The position numbers and the translations under genes were made by a program. Below the pieces are notes generated by a model that did no database searches, had not been told where the DNA came from, and worked only from the letters and a program-made list of their open reading frames with translations. Positions 24,201-37,148 of a stretch of 64,000 nucleotides of DNA are shown here, piece after piece; position 1 is the stretch's first letter; the number at the start of each line of letters is the position of its first letter. Source of the stretch: Octopus sinensis. Its lineage: Eukaryota. The stretch spans positions 9,238,001-9,302,000 of the forward strand of contig NC_043005.1 in the NCBI RefSeq assembly GCF_006345805.1, given 5' to 3'.

Positions 24201-25773
24201 ATGTAAACACCAACTTGCAGTCCCTCTGACCAACCTCTGGAGAAATTCGTTAGATGCAGGTGATATACCAAAACAGTTTCTATCCCAGTCAGTCATCCCG
24301 GTTTCAAACAGGGAAGCAGATCCCTCGCACTCAACTATCGCCAATCTCACTCACCTCCCACATCATCAAAGTGTTTGAAAGAGTGTAAGATCAAGGATAG
24401 GTGACTTCCTGGAGACCCAGAAACTCCTAAATGCAAATCAGCATGGCATTCGCTTGGCAGGACTGTCTAACATAGCTCTTACACCACATTGAAGATGTAC
24501 TCAAAGCCCTGGGCAACAGGTTCGAACTCTGATGTCATATATCTTGACTTCAGAAAGCGTTCGACAGGGTAGACCATAATATCCTACTCTCAAAATGGCA
24601 AAGTTGGAATCCGTGGAAAGTTCTACACTGATCAGTATTTCCTGGCGAATAGAACACAACATGTTGTAGTTGATGGAGTCCACTCATTCCAGCAAAAGTC
24701 ACCAGCGGTGTCCCCCAGGGGACTGTTTGGGTCCGCCTACTCTCATCATAATCTACTTAAACGACCTTTCCAGGTCGTACACTACGCAAGTGAAAATATT
24801 TGCTGATGACACCAAGCTCCAGCAAATCGTCAATGAAAAAGCAGACCGAATTCAACTCCAGTCTGATCTATATGCTGTGAGTCAATGGCAGACAGAAACA
24901 AAATGCAAATGAACGAGGGAAAATTTGAGCTGATGCATTTTGGAAGAAACTCTCACTAAAACAGCCATACTCTCTTCCTTCAGGGGAACCGCTCACAGCC
25001 TCTAACAATATCAGATAAGACCTGGGTGTAATTGTTGATGACGATCTCAGTTGAGTGCACACATCAACATGAAGGTCGATATAGCTCGTAGGATGAGTTC
25101 CTGGATCTTAAGAACTTTCCGGTCCAGAGAACAAGGTGTCATCATACACTTTTTTCCTCCTTTGTACGGCCACACCTTGAATACTGCTGCCCACTGTGGT
25201 CTCCTCACACAAGACAAAACATCTCCAGAATTGAGTCACCCCAGAGGGCACTCACTAAACGATTGAAGGCATGACTGCTCTCGATTATTGGGATCGCCTT
25301 AAAGTCTTGAAACTTTACTCCTCCAGCGTCGCCGTGAGCGGTACATCATTTGTACGATGTGGAAAATATACCGCCAACTATGCCAAACGACCTAAACATA
25401 GCTTCAAGTTCATCCAGACTGCGACCACGGGCCATACGTCCCCTGCCCATTCAAGATCACAACATACATGTACACTGCAACATAATTTCTTTTCCTCAAC
25501 AGGCCCTGCCCTATTTAACATTGTCCCGGGAGATCAAAGAGGAAAAGGATCCCATCAACTTTAAACAGAGTCTGGATAGATTCCTTCAAAGAATACCAGA
25601 TAGCCACCCAAATTGGATACAACTCACCCAACAAGAACTCACTACTTGAACAAAAACTTGACTAAACAAAACTTGACTTACACAGGATTCGAATAATCCT
25701 ATCAGGTGTGTATTAAGTTAGACATGGCCTGGACCAATCTTTGGTCGAAACATATCTAAGTTTTATCTAGTTT
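21230..25773 (+). mobile_element. Near full-length disrupted CR1-clade LINE (CCCH ORF1, APE+RT ORF2); 5' boundary uncertain
   Basis: ORF1 CCCH fingers 22086-22390; APE motifs (LTETHL, GLYRPP, VMGDFNLPHVNW) ~22790-23240; RT motifs DVIYLDF, SGVPQG, FADDT (24799-24813); RERYII near 25335; 3' stem-loop 25722-25751. Confidence 0.9.
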
Positions 25774-25843
25774 TATACATAAATATATATACATATATAT
25801 ATATATATACACACGCTCACGTACACACACACACACGCACACT

Positions 25844-25876
<33 letters not shown>

Positions 25877-25994
25877 AATTTACAGGAACGATCCGGAGAG
25901 ACAGTTACCAGGGTAGCCGAATATCACAGGTCTGAAACTAATATTTTTCTCACTGACGTCAAGTACTCTTTTTGGGAATAAATTCAAGTCGTCC

Positions 25995-26274
25995 ATATTA
26001 TTATTATTATTATCATTACCATTATCATTATCATTATCATCATTATTTTATTATTAATATTATTATTATATCATTAAAATATTATTTTATCATTATTGTT
26101 ATCATTATTATTATCATATTATATTATTATTATTATTATTATTATTATAATTTATATTATTATTATGATTTTGTTATTATCATTATTATTTTATCATTAT
26201 CATTATTATCATTATTATTATTATTATTATTATTATATTATTATTATTATCATCATTATATTATTATTATATTA

Positions 26275-26308
<34 letters not shown>

Positions 26309-26341
26309 TATCATATATTATAGCATTATCATTATATTATT

Positions 26342-26398
<57 letters not shown>

Positions 26399-26400
26399 TA
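25995..26400. repeat. Degenerate (ATT)n microsatellite
   Basis: Direct reading. Confidence 0.95.
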
Positions 26401-26890
26401 TTTATCATTGTCATCATTCATCAATTCCATTTTACTCACAGAGCTCTCGTCTTTACTTGCTCCGTTTAATTCCCTAAGCGCGGACAGAAACCTGTTGTGA
26501 ATGACCTCACTGGGTCTCTTTCCGCGACACTTATTATTATTGACACATGCATACTCTCATATATATACACACGCACGCACGCACACACACAGACACACAA
26601 ACACACGTGCGCAAAGAAACATATACATATATGCACAAACGCTTATCTACATACACACACAAACATATATATGCCACACGAAATATCTCAGGGATATTTA
26701 ATATGATTGAGCAAGATTGTGACATTTGCCTGCAATGTTAATATTGAACAATCATGTCTTCCTAGTTAAAGTTTATTGAAAGTCAAGTTATCCTATGATA
26801 CCGTGACAATTGATGAACAACTGTTGAACTAATAAATACAATACTTTGTTATGGTTAATATGATATGTATCAGAAAGTTATGGTTCGGGG

Positions 26891-27125
26891 CTCTCTCTTT
26901 ACTCTTTTACTCTTTTACTTGTTTCAGTCATTTGTGACCTGCGGCCATGCTGGGCCCGCCTTTAATCGAGCAACTCGACACCCGAGGACTTATTCTTTTT
27001 AAGCCCAGTACTTTTCTATCGATCTTTTTTTGCCGAACCGCTAGGTGACGGGGACGAAAAAACAACACCAGCATCGGTGTCAAGCAATGCAGCGGGACAA
27101 AACAGACACACACAACACACACACA
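26891..27125 (-). mobile_element. SINE family A, 3' half
   Basis: cttttactcttttacttgtttcagtcatttg...gcggccatgctgg (reverse of the family tail). Confidence 0.85.
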
Positions 27126-27134
27126 CATATAATA

Positions 27135-27210
<76 letters not shown>

Positions 27211-27215
<5 letters not shown>

Positions 27216-29094
27216 AAAGGGTTAGTAAAATAAATTACTTCGCCGCATACTGAACTCATTAGAAAATAGCAGCTAAAAAACTTTTTTAAAGCTATTCTAA
27301 TACTTAAAGAAAATCTCTCTCTTATAGTGTTTGCTTAATTCACAACTCACAAAAGTTTGGGGTAAGGACATCGAAAAATCAAATGCTAAGGTTATTCGAG
27401 AACGTACGTTTCAAGATTAGCCAAAACAACGTTTCTATCATCGGCTCAGAAATTCCTTGGTTTGGATTTGGAAACACTGAAAATAAGAACATACCCTTTC
27501 GAGATCTGCTCCCAACAACAGTAGCCAACAATTCAAATAAGCAAGCGAAGAATCTCTGTTCTCCCTTCCACCAGCGTGGGTTAAAATCATCAAACACTAT
27601 GCTTATTTCGGTAAAATCCGAAGCATTAATCAGAGGGAGATTAATATAATTTCAAACAATTGAGGGCAAAATTAATAATTATTAATCAATTTCACCAAGT
27701 GTTCAGTAGCAAAATGGACCATTCACAGGCGATTCAAATTATTAATTATATAAAGGCTTAGTAAAAGAAATTACTTCGCCGCATACTGAACTCATTATGG
27801 AGCTGAGAGATTTTCTTTAAGTATTAGAAATAGCTTTAAAAAAGTTTTAGCGCTATTTCTAATGAGTTCAGTATGCGGCGAAGTAATTTTTTTACTAAGC
27901 CCTTTTATATAATGTAAAATTTGAATTCGCCTTGAATGGTCCCTTTGCATACTGAACACTTGGTGAAATTGATTAATAATTAATTAATTTTGCCCCAATT
28001 GTTGAAATTATATTAATCTCCCTCTGATAATGCTTCGGATTTTACCGAAATAAGCATAGTGTTTTGATGATTTTAACCCACGCTGGTGGAAAGGGGAGAA
28101 CAGAGATTTCTTCGCTGCTTATTTGAATTTGTTGGCACTGTTAGTTGGGAGCAGATCTTCGAAAGGGTATGTTCTTATTTTCAGTGTTTTCCAAATCCAA
28201 ACAAGGAATTTCTGAGCCGATGATAGAAATGTTGTTTTGACTAATCTTGAAAACGTACGTTCTCGAATAACCTTAGCATTTGATTTTTCGATGTCCTTAC
28301 CCCCAAACTTTTGTGAGTTGAATTAAGCAAACACTATATATGAGAGAGATTTTCTTTAAGTATTAGAAATAGCTTTAAAAAAGTTTTTTTAGCTGCTATT
28401 TCTAATGAGTTCATTATGCGGCGAAGTAATTTATTTTACTAAGCCCTTTTATATAATGTAATAATTTGAATTCGCCTTGAATGGTCCCTTTGCATACTGA
28501 ACACTTGGTGAAATGATTAATAATTAATTAATTTTGCCCTCAATTGTTGAAATTATAAGTAATCTCCCTCTGATTAATGCTTCGGATTTTACCGAAATAA
28601 GCATAGTGGTTGATGATTTTACCCACGCTGGTGGAAAGGGGAGAACAGAGATTCTTCGCTGGCTTATTTGATTTGTTGGCACTGTTAGTTGGAGCAGATC
28701 TTCGAAAGGGTATGTTCTTATTTTCAGTGTTTCCAAATCCAAACCAAGGAATTTCTGAGCCGATGATAGAAAATGTTGTTTTGACTAATCTTGAAACGTA
28801 CGTTCTCGAATAACCTTAGCATTTGATTTTTCGATGTCCTTACCCCCAAACTTTTGTGAGGAATTAAGCAAAACACTATATATGAGAGAGATTTTCTTTA
28901 AGTATTAGAAATAGCTTTAAAAAAAGTTTTTTTAGCTGCTATTTCTAATGAGTTCAGTATGCGGCGAAGTAATTTATTTTACTAAGCCCTTTTATAATGT
29001 AATAATTTGAATCGCCTTGAATGGTCCCTTTGCATACTGAACACTTGGTGAAATTGATAATAATTAATTAATTTTGCCCTCAATTGTTGAAATT
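27211..29094. repeat. ~545-bp tandem unit array with an internal orientation flip
   Basis: About 1.1 units forward (27211-27797), then about 2.4 units inverted (27800-29094); flanked by (TA)n on both sides. Confidence 0.85.
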
Positions 29095-29120
29095 ATATAT
29101 ATATATATATATACATATAT

Positions 29121-29273
29121 ACGACAGGCTTCTTTCAGTTTCCGTCTACCAAATCCACTCACAAGGTCGGCCCGGGGCTATAGCAGAAGACACTTGCCCA
29201 AGATGCTACGCAGTGGGACTGAACCCGGAACAATGTGGCTGGTTAGCAAGCTTCTTACCACACAGCCACTCCT
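29121..29273 (-). mobile_element. SINE family A, 5' half
   Basis: Reverse complement of the tRNA-like head and gggcaagtgtcttc core. Confidence 0.9.
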
Positions 29274-29468
29274 GTTAGCAATGAACACACTTTTTGCTTA
29301 TGTTATCGCTTAGAATTCCGGACTGAAGTCATTCTGTGGAAATAAAGTGTCTTTAAGGAGTTTAAAGTCGTAAAATTTGAGAAAAGCTGTTGAGAACTTA
29401 CGACTGCTCGAACTACGAAGGGAGCCACCATACTGTCGCTGAAACTAACATAGACACGCAAGACTGCG

Positions 29469-29897
29469 TACCTTTTCGGTTTGAACGGCAGTTTTTTCTA
29501 GCGGTGTCATTTAAAATTGTCAACCATAATTATGACCCTAGTATCGATCTACTGCATTTCAAACTGTTTTAGGGTTAGGGTTAGTTAGGATTAGCGGTGG
29601 GGGGAAGGTTATTTTTTTTTCTTCACAAATGTAAATAAACCCAATCTGTTTCTTAAACAAGGGACATATTCATACGGCACAGAATGTTTTTTTACCTCAA
29701 TAGACGTAATTGATTGGTTGAAATTGAAGAAATTGAAGAAAACAAAAACAACAAATATCTTACAAACCCTAGAATTTTGTCAATAAAGCCAAGAGAAAAA
29801 GATGTTTTATAAACACATTCTACCAGTATACGAAGTTAAACATTTTTTAGTTACCTAGAAATTATGTTGAAAACTGCCGTTCAAACCGAAAAGATCC
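29469..29897. mobile_element. TIR element (MITE-like) with internal TTAGGG-like repeats
   Basis: 24-bp TIR cttttcggtttgaacggcagtttt 29472-29495 / aaaactgccgttcaaaccgaaaag 29870-29893; ttagggttagggttagttagg at 29569-29589. Confidence 0.8.
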
Positions 29898-30989
29898 AAG
29901 ACTGCAATTGATAAAGTAGTATTAAATATACAGTAACTGAAAGTATGGGATAGTCGTAGATGTTTGTTGTTTGATCCTGTAGTTATTCAATCAGAACCGA
30001 TCAGTTCTAAACAACTTTAACAACAACAACAAGAATAACATCTTCACCACCACTACCAACAGCAACAACAGCCGTTCAAGAATTTGGACCTGGAGATCTC
30101 CATTTCCAGCGACTTCGAGGGCCACCTCCCAGTGGTGTCGGGCGTCAACGAAGAACCCTCGACTGTAACAAGTCGACCAAAGTTTTTTTTTATTTCCAAG
30201 GTCTGGAGTCTGCTGCTCCTAAGCCCTAGACCCTCACCTAATCACCCCTACCCGTGTTGTTGATTAATAACAACAACAGAAACAACAGAATTCCTTAATG
30301 TCGAATCAATCATGCATATAAGACATCGAGGTAAGATATCTCGGATAGCGTAGTAATTTAATTTCGAATACACTCGCGCTGATTCACTTGAAGCATTAAT
30401 TTCCAACATAGTTATACCCTAGTCATTAAAATTAATATATGAAATAGGGAGGTCGTAGTTACAGGTAAATCCTTTTCTATATTTACCGGTCAGTAGCCAA
30501 CTTGTCCCTTCATATACTTAAGATTTTAAGTCAACCCCTTTTGGTTCACCAATACAATTTTTCTAGGATTTGGTCAATTTAAGATTAAATTTGCTAGTTT
30601 AGATATAATTAAGCTCTGATCGTGTAAATCCTGCAACAAAGGCAAATCAGTTCAGAATTTCCCACATCTTTACATATTTATGATTATGTTATCAATTATG
30701 ACCATTTTACTATTACGGTACTGTATGATTTGAGTGGATTCTGCTGCTACTTCTAGCCGGTTAATTGACAAAGGCGTTGCCTCTGTAGCTCTTTGCTAGA
30801 TGTGATATATAATTGCGCTACAAATTCTGACCAAAATATATTGTGTTTTATCCTTTAACCCAATGTAGTTTTGTGGTCATAGTCATCTCAATAATTTCTG
30901 TCGTTACTTCAACGTTCAGAATATGGAATAAGATTTATTTATACGTTAATATCTATTTCAGAAGTGGAAGTCTGCGAGCCAGCAGAACC

Positions 30990-31150
30990 GTTTGCACGCT
31001 GGGAATAATTCTTTACGGGAGATTTTTCGTCGGTTTTTACTTACTGGCTTCAAATTCGGACGAGGCCAACTTTGTCTTTCATCCATTCTGTGTCGATAAA
31101 TTCAGTAGAAATTCAACACTAGGGTCAATAAAATCGACCTATCTCCAGCA
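30990..31150 (+). mobile_element. Degenerate SINE family C
   Basis: ttcaaattcggacgaggccaactttgtctttcatcc...gtcgataaa. Confidence 0.65.
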
Positions 31151-31915
31151 GCGTTGTTGCTGGCTTCGTGCCAAACTTTGAACCAATATTTATTATAGAA
31201 GTAAGGCTAATTTTCTTGCTTTCGAATCGTATCCACATACCGCAGTTACAATAACCGCAACCTACAAAAGACACATTTGTTTTTTGCTTTTAAACGGCAT
31301 CTAATTTTTCTGGAACAAAAATAGCTTCTGCTCTCCACCATCGCACACCTCTTTCACTTCTATTTTGATCACGCAACTTCCGTTATTAAGCTTTCCTCTA
31401 CAAAATTCTTCAATTTATTCGAGTACATTCCCTGATATTTCCGTTGGATTGATTATTTCTCTTTTCGTTTTAATAGCTACCATTATTTTGTTGCTGTGTT
31501 TCCTTTTAATGTTAAAAAATAAACAAATAAATAATTGTATAAAAAAATAAAAATGCTAAAATGTTAACAACCAATATTGTGGTAACATCAATAAAACAGA
31601 AATATTTGCTTTCAGCTACGTGGTGAGACACATTTTGAATGTTAGCCATTATTTCAAATGAACCTTATCCAGATGCCCATATAATTCTGATAAGTTTGGT
31701 GGTAATTTTAATGGCGTTAGTCAGTCAATCAATTTTAATTAAAATGAAATTCTGGTTTCGAGAAAGAACCATCCGCACAGGGCCAGTCTTCACTAAAACA
31801 ATACAAAATGTAGGGAGATAAGCACGAAATTTTACTTCATTTTACTTCATTATAATGAACTGGAATGTGAATGTAGGATTCAGTGTTGCTAGTGAGAGAG
31901 AGAGTGTATAATATG

Positions 31916-32004
<89 letters not shown>

Positions 32005-32134
32005 CATACATCCATACATACACACATATATATATATATATATACATATACATAACTATATCTATTTATATGCACGCATATGTATATGTAAGTATATATG
32101 TGTATGTGTGTATATATATATATATATAAAATGA

Positions 32135-32760
32135 AGGAAATTTATACAGTGCTGAGGTGCACTACAATTAAAAAAAGGCCATCAGGTGTACTGTTGGCGG
32201 ATTTCAGGAAGCAAGGAGGTTTTTGAAGGATGCAATGCCGCGACACCTAACAACTGACGCGGGTAGTTTATTCCATGCATCAGCAATTCTGAACGTAAAA
32301 AAATGTTTGCGAAAGTCATGGGTGCTGTGTTTTTTTTTTTGATTTTATAAGCATGTCCGCGAGTGTTTGTCATATGGAATTCAAAAAGGTGCTCAAGGTT
32401 GTTGTTTGAAAGATGGTGGATAATCTTGTGGGTGTCTACCAAGTGAGTTTCCAGATGTCTGAGCTCTAATGTCTCCATGCCCAGGGAAGCGAGAGCTTGA
32501 GGGTATGGTAGATGTCTGACGGTGGGTATTCATTTTGTTGCACATTTCTTAACAGTTTCCATGAGATTTATATGCTGAGCAAGATAGGGGCTCCAGACTG
32601 CTGATGCAAATTTTAAGTGTGGACGCACTATTGGCGTATACAATTTTTAATAGATTGCTGGAGAACAGCTGACAAAGGTCTTACGGAGTGATGTTAGCAC
32701 AACTTAAGCTTTCTTGACAATTTAGAGATGTGGTTTATCCAATGAAGATCGTCATATATA
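32135..32760 (-). mobile_element. CR1-clade LINE 3' fragment
   Basis: PYLAQHINLMETVKKCATK...HLPY...LGMETLELR...NTRGHAYK. Confidence 0.85.
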
Positions 32761-32989
32761 CCTTACGGATTTCCGTTTAAAAATATTGAGAGACCGCGTT
32801 TGAGGCAGGTAACGTACTAAATACATATGTAGAGCCGATATACCTAATTCTTAAGAGGGAAACTGTTAGAAAGATCTACAATATCTTGTACAAAAATGGC
32901 AACTAAAACCTTTACTGGTAATAGCCGGCTGTAGTTGTAACTGGGCTTCATGTACCTTTGCATGTCGTTTAAGTCCTCCTGAATCAAAG

Positions 32990-33512
32990 GAAGACCCTTC
33001 CCTTCTGGAAGTGTAACAGCGATGCCCTTCCTGACATCCCTCCTTACTTTCTCATGTGCAACTCGAGATTTCTCAAATGTGGTTGTCCCCTCATGCACAA
33101 TCCTTCTCCACCTGCTACGATCAATAGCTATGCCTTCCCAAGTGTCAGGAGAGATGCAAGCATTTCTTAAGGAAGCCTTGAGCAAGTCCTTATACCTCTT
33201 TTTTGGTTTATGTGGAGGTCGTTCTCCTTTAGCTAATTCTCCATAAAAGAGTTGTTTTGGCATCCTTGAATCCTTCATTCTGACCAGATGACCACTCCAG
33301 CTGAGCCTTTGCTTTAACACAAGAGCTTCTATACTTTCACACTGAGAGCCATCGAGTATTTCAAGATCACTGATGCGGTCCTTCCACTTAATGACATAGA
33401 TCCGTCTGAGGCACATCTGATGGAAACGTTCCAGTTGTTTAAGGTGATATCCATATGTGACCCACGTCTCGCAGGCATAGAGAAGAGAAATGAGCACACA
33501 TGCCTTGTACAC
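32990..33512 (-). mobile_element. RTE-clade LINE C-terminal fragment
   Basis: ORF 32844-33512: LLYACETW...LERFHQMCLRRI...RLSWSGHLVRMKDSRMPKQLFYGEL...RYKDLLKASL, typical of the RTE post-RT region. Confidence 0.9.
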
Positions 33513-34443
33513 CTACATACATACATGCATACATACATACATACATACATACATACATACATACATACATACATACATACATACATACATGCATACAAAC
33601 AGACACATATATGCAAAAATAGAGAGAATAACTATGGATGACTGCTTCGAAGCCGCCAGTTTCTCTATCCAGATTATGGACATGGTTCAGTGAGTAAATG
33701 CCTAAATGACAATCTTGAAAGCTCATACTAACACGTTACAAATACAGTATTTATGTAAAACAGTAAAATTATGCAAGACGTTTCTTAAGTTGAAAATGTG
33801 ATGGCGCTTCGTATCTTTATTAAGATCCTGCTTCTTTCTCGATGGACGAATTCAAATACGTGAAAACATGAAGGAACATACATATATGCAAGCATATATA
33901 CATACATACATACATAAATACATACATACATACATACATACATACATACATACATGCATACATACATACATACATACATACATACATACAAACATACAAA
34001 CATACATACATACATACATACATACATACATACATACATACATACATACATACATACACACATACACACATACACACATACATACATACATACATACATA
34101 CATACATACATACATACATACATGCATACATACATACATACATACATACATACATACATACTTACATACATACACACATACATACATACATACATCATAC
34201 ATACATACATACATACATCATACACACAACAAACTACTCACTACATACTACATACATACACATAGACACACATACAAACATACATACATACATACATACA
34301 TACAACAATAACAACAACATACATACATACATACATACATACATACATACTACATACATACACACACACATACATACTACATACATACAACATACATACA
34401 TACATACAACATACATACATACTTACATACATACACACATACA

Positions 34444-34477
<34 letters not shown>

Positions 34478-35363
34478 CATACATACATACATACATACAT
34501 ACATACATACTTACTACATACACACATACATACATACATACATACATACATACATAAAACATGATACAAACATACTACATACATACATACATACATACAT
34601 ACTACATCCATACACCCTACATACATACATACATACATACATACATACAAACATACAACCATACATACATACATACCATACATACATACATACATCACAT
34701 ACATACACACATACATACATACATACATGCATACATATATACATACACACAACATACATACATACATACATACATACATACATACATACATACATACATA
34801 CATACATACATACATACATACTTACATACATACACACATACATACATACATACATACATACATACATACATACATACATACATACACACATACATACATA
34901 CATACATACATACATACATACATACATACATACATACATACATTCTTACATACATACACACATACATACATACATACATACATACATACATACATACAAA
35001 CATACATACATACTTACATACATACACACATACATACATACATACATACATACATACATACAAACATACAAACAACATACATACATACATACATACATAC
35101 ATACATACATACATACATACTTACATACATACACACATACATACATACATACATACATACATACATACATACACCCATACATACATACATACATACTTAC
35201 ATACATACATACATACACACATACACACATACAGATCTGCACATAAACATACATACATACATACATACATACTTACATACATACACACATACACACATAC
35301 ATACATACATACATACATACATACATACATACATACATACATACATACATACATACATACACA
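33512..35363. repeat. Very long (TACA)n tract, interrupted at 33606-33884
   Basis: Direct reading. Confidence 0.95.
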
Positions 35364-35477
35364 CTGAAATTCCAATGAAGGAACCTTGGATCTAGGTTAG
35401 AATCTGACTTTCTCCTTATTTATTAGCAAGAAATCCTGAAATAAAACTGAACAATGACATAAATCTATAAATCTATA

Positions 35478-35870
35478 GGCGTAGGAGTGGCTGTGTGGTA
35501 AGTAGCTTGCTAACCAACCACATGGTTTCGGGTTCAGTCCCACTGCGTGGCACCTTGGGCAAGTGTCTTCTGCTATAGCCCCGGGCCGACCAATGCCTTA
35601 TGAGTGGATTTGGTAGACGGAAACTGAAAGAAGCCTATCGTATATATATATGTGTGTGTATATGTTTGTGTGTCTGTGTTTGTCCCCCTAGCATTGCTTG
35701 ACAACCGATGCTGGTGTGTTTATCTCTCCGTCACTTAGCGGTTCGGCAAAAAGAGACCGATAGAATAAGTACTGGGCTTACAAAGAATAAGTCCCGGGGT
35801 CGAGTTGCTCGACTAAAGGCGGTGCTCCAGCATGGCCGCAGTCAAATGACTGAAACAAGTAAAAGAAAAT
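35478..35870 (+). mobile_element. SINE family A, full length
   Basis: Head ggcgtaggagtggctgtgtggtaag to tail tgactgaaacaagtaaaag. Confidence 0.95.
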
Positions 35871-36224
35871 AAAAAAAATATATACATACATATGTAAAAC
35901 ATAAATACTCACTTACACAACGACATAGACACACATAAAGAAACATACAAACACACGCACACATATTTGCAAAATCACAAGAAATATTAGGACTTATGGA
36001 AATGTTTCACTAATTACGGCAGAAACAACTTAATAGTAAAGCAATTAAGTTTAGTAAACTGAAGCAATTACGTGAATAAATAGAAGGGCAGCAGGTTTCG
36101 GTAATATTAGATATGTTTTACCTTCAAATGATATACGGCTAAGTATGCCTATGTGTTTAAATGTATGACTGTGTGGATATATGTATTCATGTAGGTATGT
36201 ATATCTCCTTCTTTATCTCTTTAT

Positions 36225-36388
36225 AAATATGTGTGTATGTGTGTGTTTTTGTGTGTGTGTGTGTGTTTGTGTGTGTGTGTATGTGTGTTTGTGTGTGTTT
36301 GTGTTTGTGTATGTGCGTGTGTGTGTGTGTGTTTGTGTGTGTATGTGTGTGTGTGTATGTATGTGTGTTTGTGTGTGTGTGTGTGTGT

Positions 36389-36426
<38 letters not shown>

Positions 36427-36428
36427 GT
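36225..36428. repeat. (GT)n-rich microsatellite
   Basis: Direct reading. Confidence 0.95.
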
Positions 36429-36743
36429 AGATAGCTTTAGTTGCAAATATATTGCACTTGCTCACACCTCTTGCTACACCGTTCGTAACATGTTTCCAGT
36501 TTCCAAACACATCTTGGTATGATTTTTCAAAACATTCTGCATATTTCTCATCGCAAATTCTCATTTATTTCGTCTGTCGTTAAGAATTGACCTTCTTCCA
36601 GTTTTTTTCTTTTTTTTTCAGTCTTCGAGAAAAGAATCGGTCCCCCATAGCGGAATCTAGTGATTTGGATGGCTCCCCTGCCACTACGTTCCATAAGGGA
36701 TGACACCTGAGTCTATGTATTATTGAAGCGAATTCTTATATAA

Positions 36744-37148
36744 GGCGGCGAACTGGCAGAAACGTCAGCACGCCGGGCGAAATTCTTAGCAGTATTTCGT
36801 CTGCCGCTACGTTCTGAGTTCAAATTCCGCCGAGGTCTACTTTGCCTTTCATCCTTTCGGGGTCGATTAAATAAGTACCAGTTACGCACTGGGGTCGATA
36901 TAATCGACTTAATCCGTTTGTCTGTCCTTGTTTGTCCTCTCTGTGTTTAGCCCCTTGTGGGTAGTAAAGAAATAGGTATTTCATCCGCCGCTGCGTTCTG
37001 AGTTCAAATTCCGCCGAGGTCGACTTTGCCTTTCATCCTTTCGGGGTCGTTAAATTAAGTACCAGTTACACACTGGTGTCGTTGTAATTGACTTAATTCG
37101 TTTGTTTGTCTCCTCTATGTTTAGCCCCTTGTGGGTAATAAGAAAACA
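36744..37148 (+). mobile_element. SINE family C with duplicated body and 17-bp TSD
   Basis: ggcggcgaactggcaga head; two bodies (ttcaaattccgccgaggtc..ctttgcctttcatcctttcggggtcg); tatgtattattgaagcg at 36714-36730 and 37149-37165. Confidence 0.9.

Noticed and set aside
25715-25760. Hammerhead at the LINE 3' end (stem-loop + GAAAC)
   Set aside because: No CUGANGA core; better explained as the shared LINE/SINE 3' recognition motif.
28020-28060. Hammerhead in the 545-bp unit (ctgataatgcttcggattttaccgaaataagcat, or ccgatgatagaaacgtt)
   Set aside because: Core and stems are in the wrong order, or stem II and stem I are missing.
33329-35395. Long ORFs such as 34561-35367 (268 aa) and other [20 protein letters not shown] ORFs
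   Set aside because: They are translations of stop-free microsatellites.
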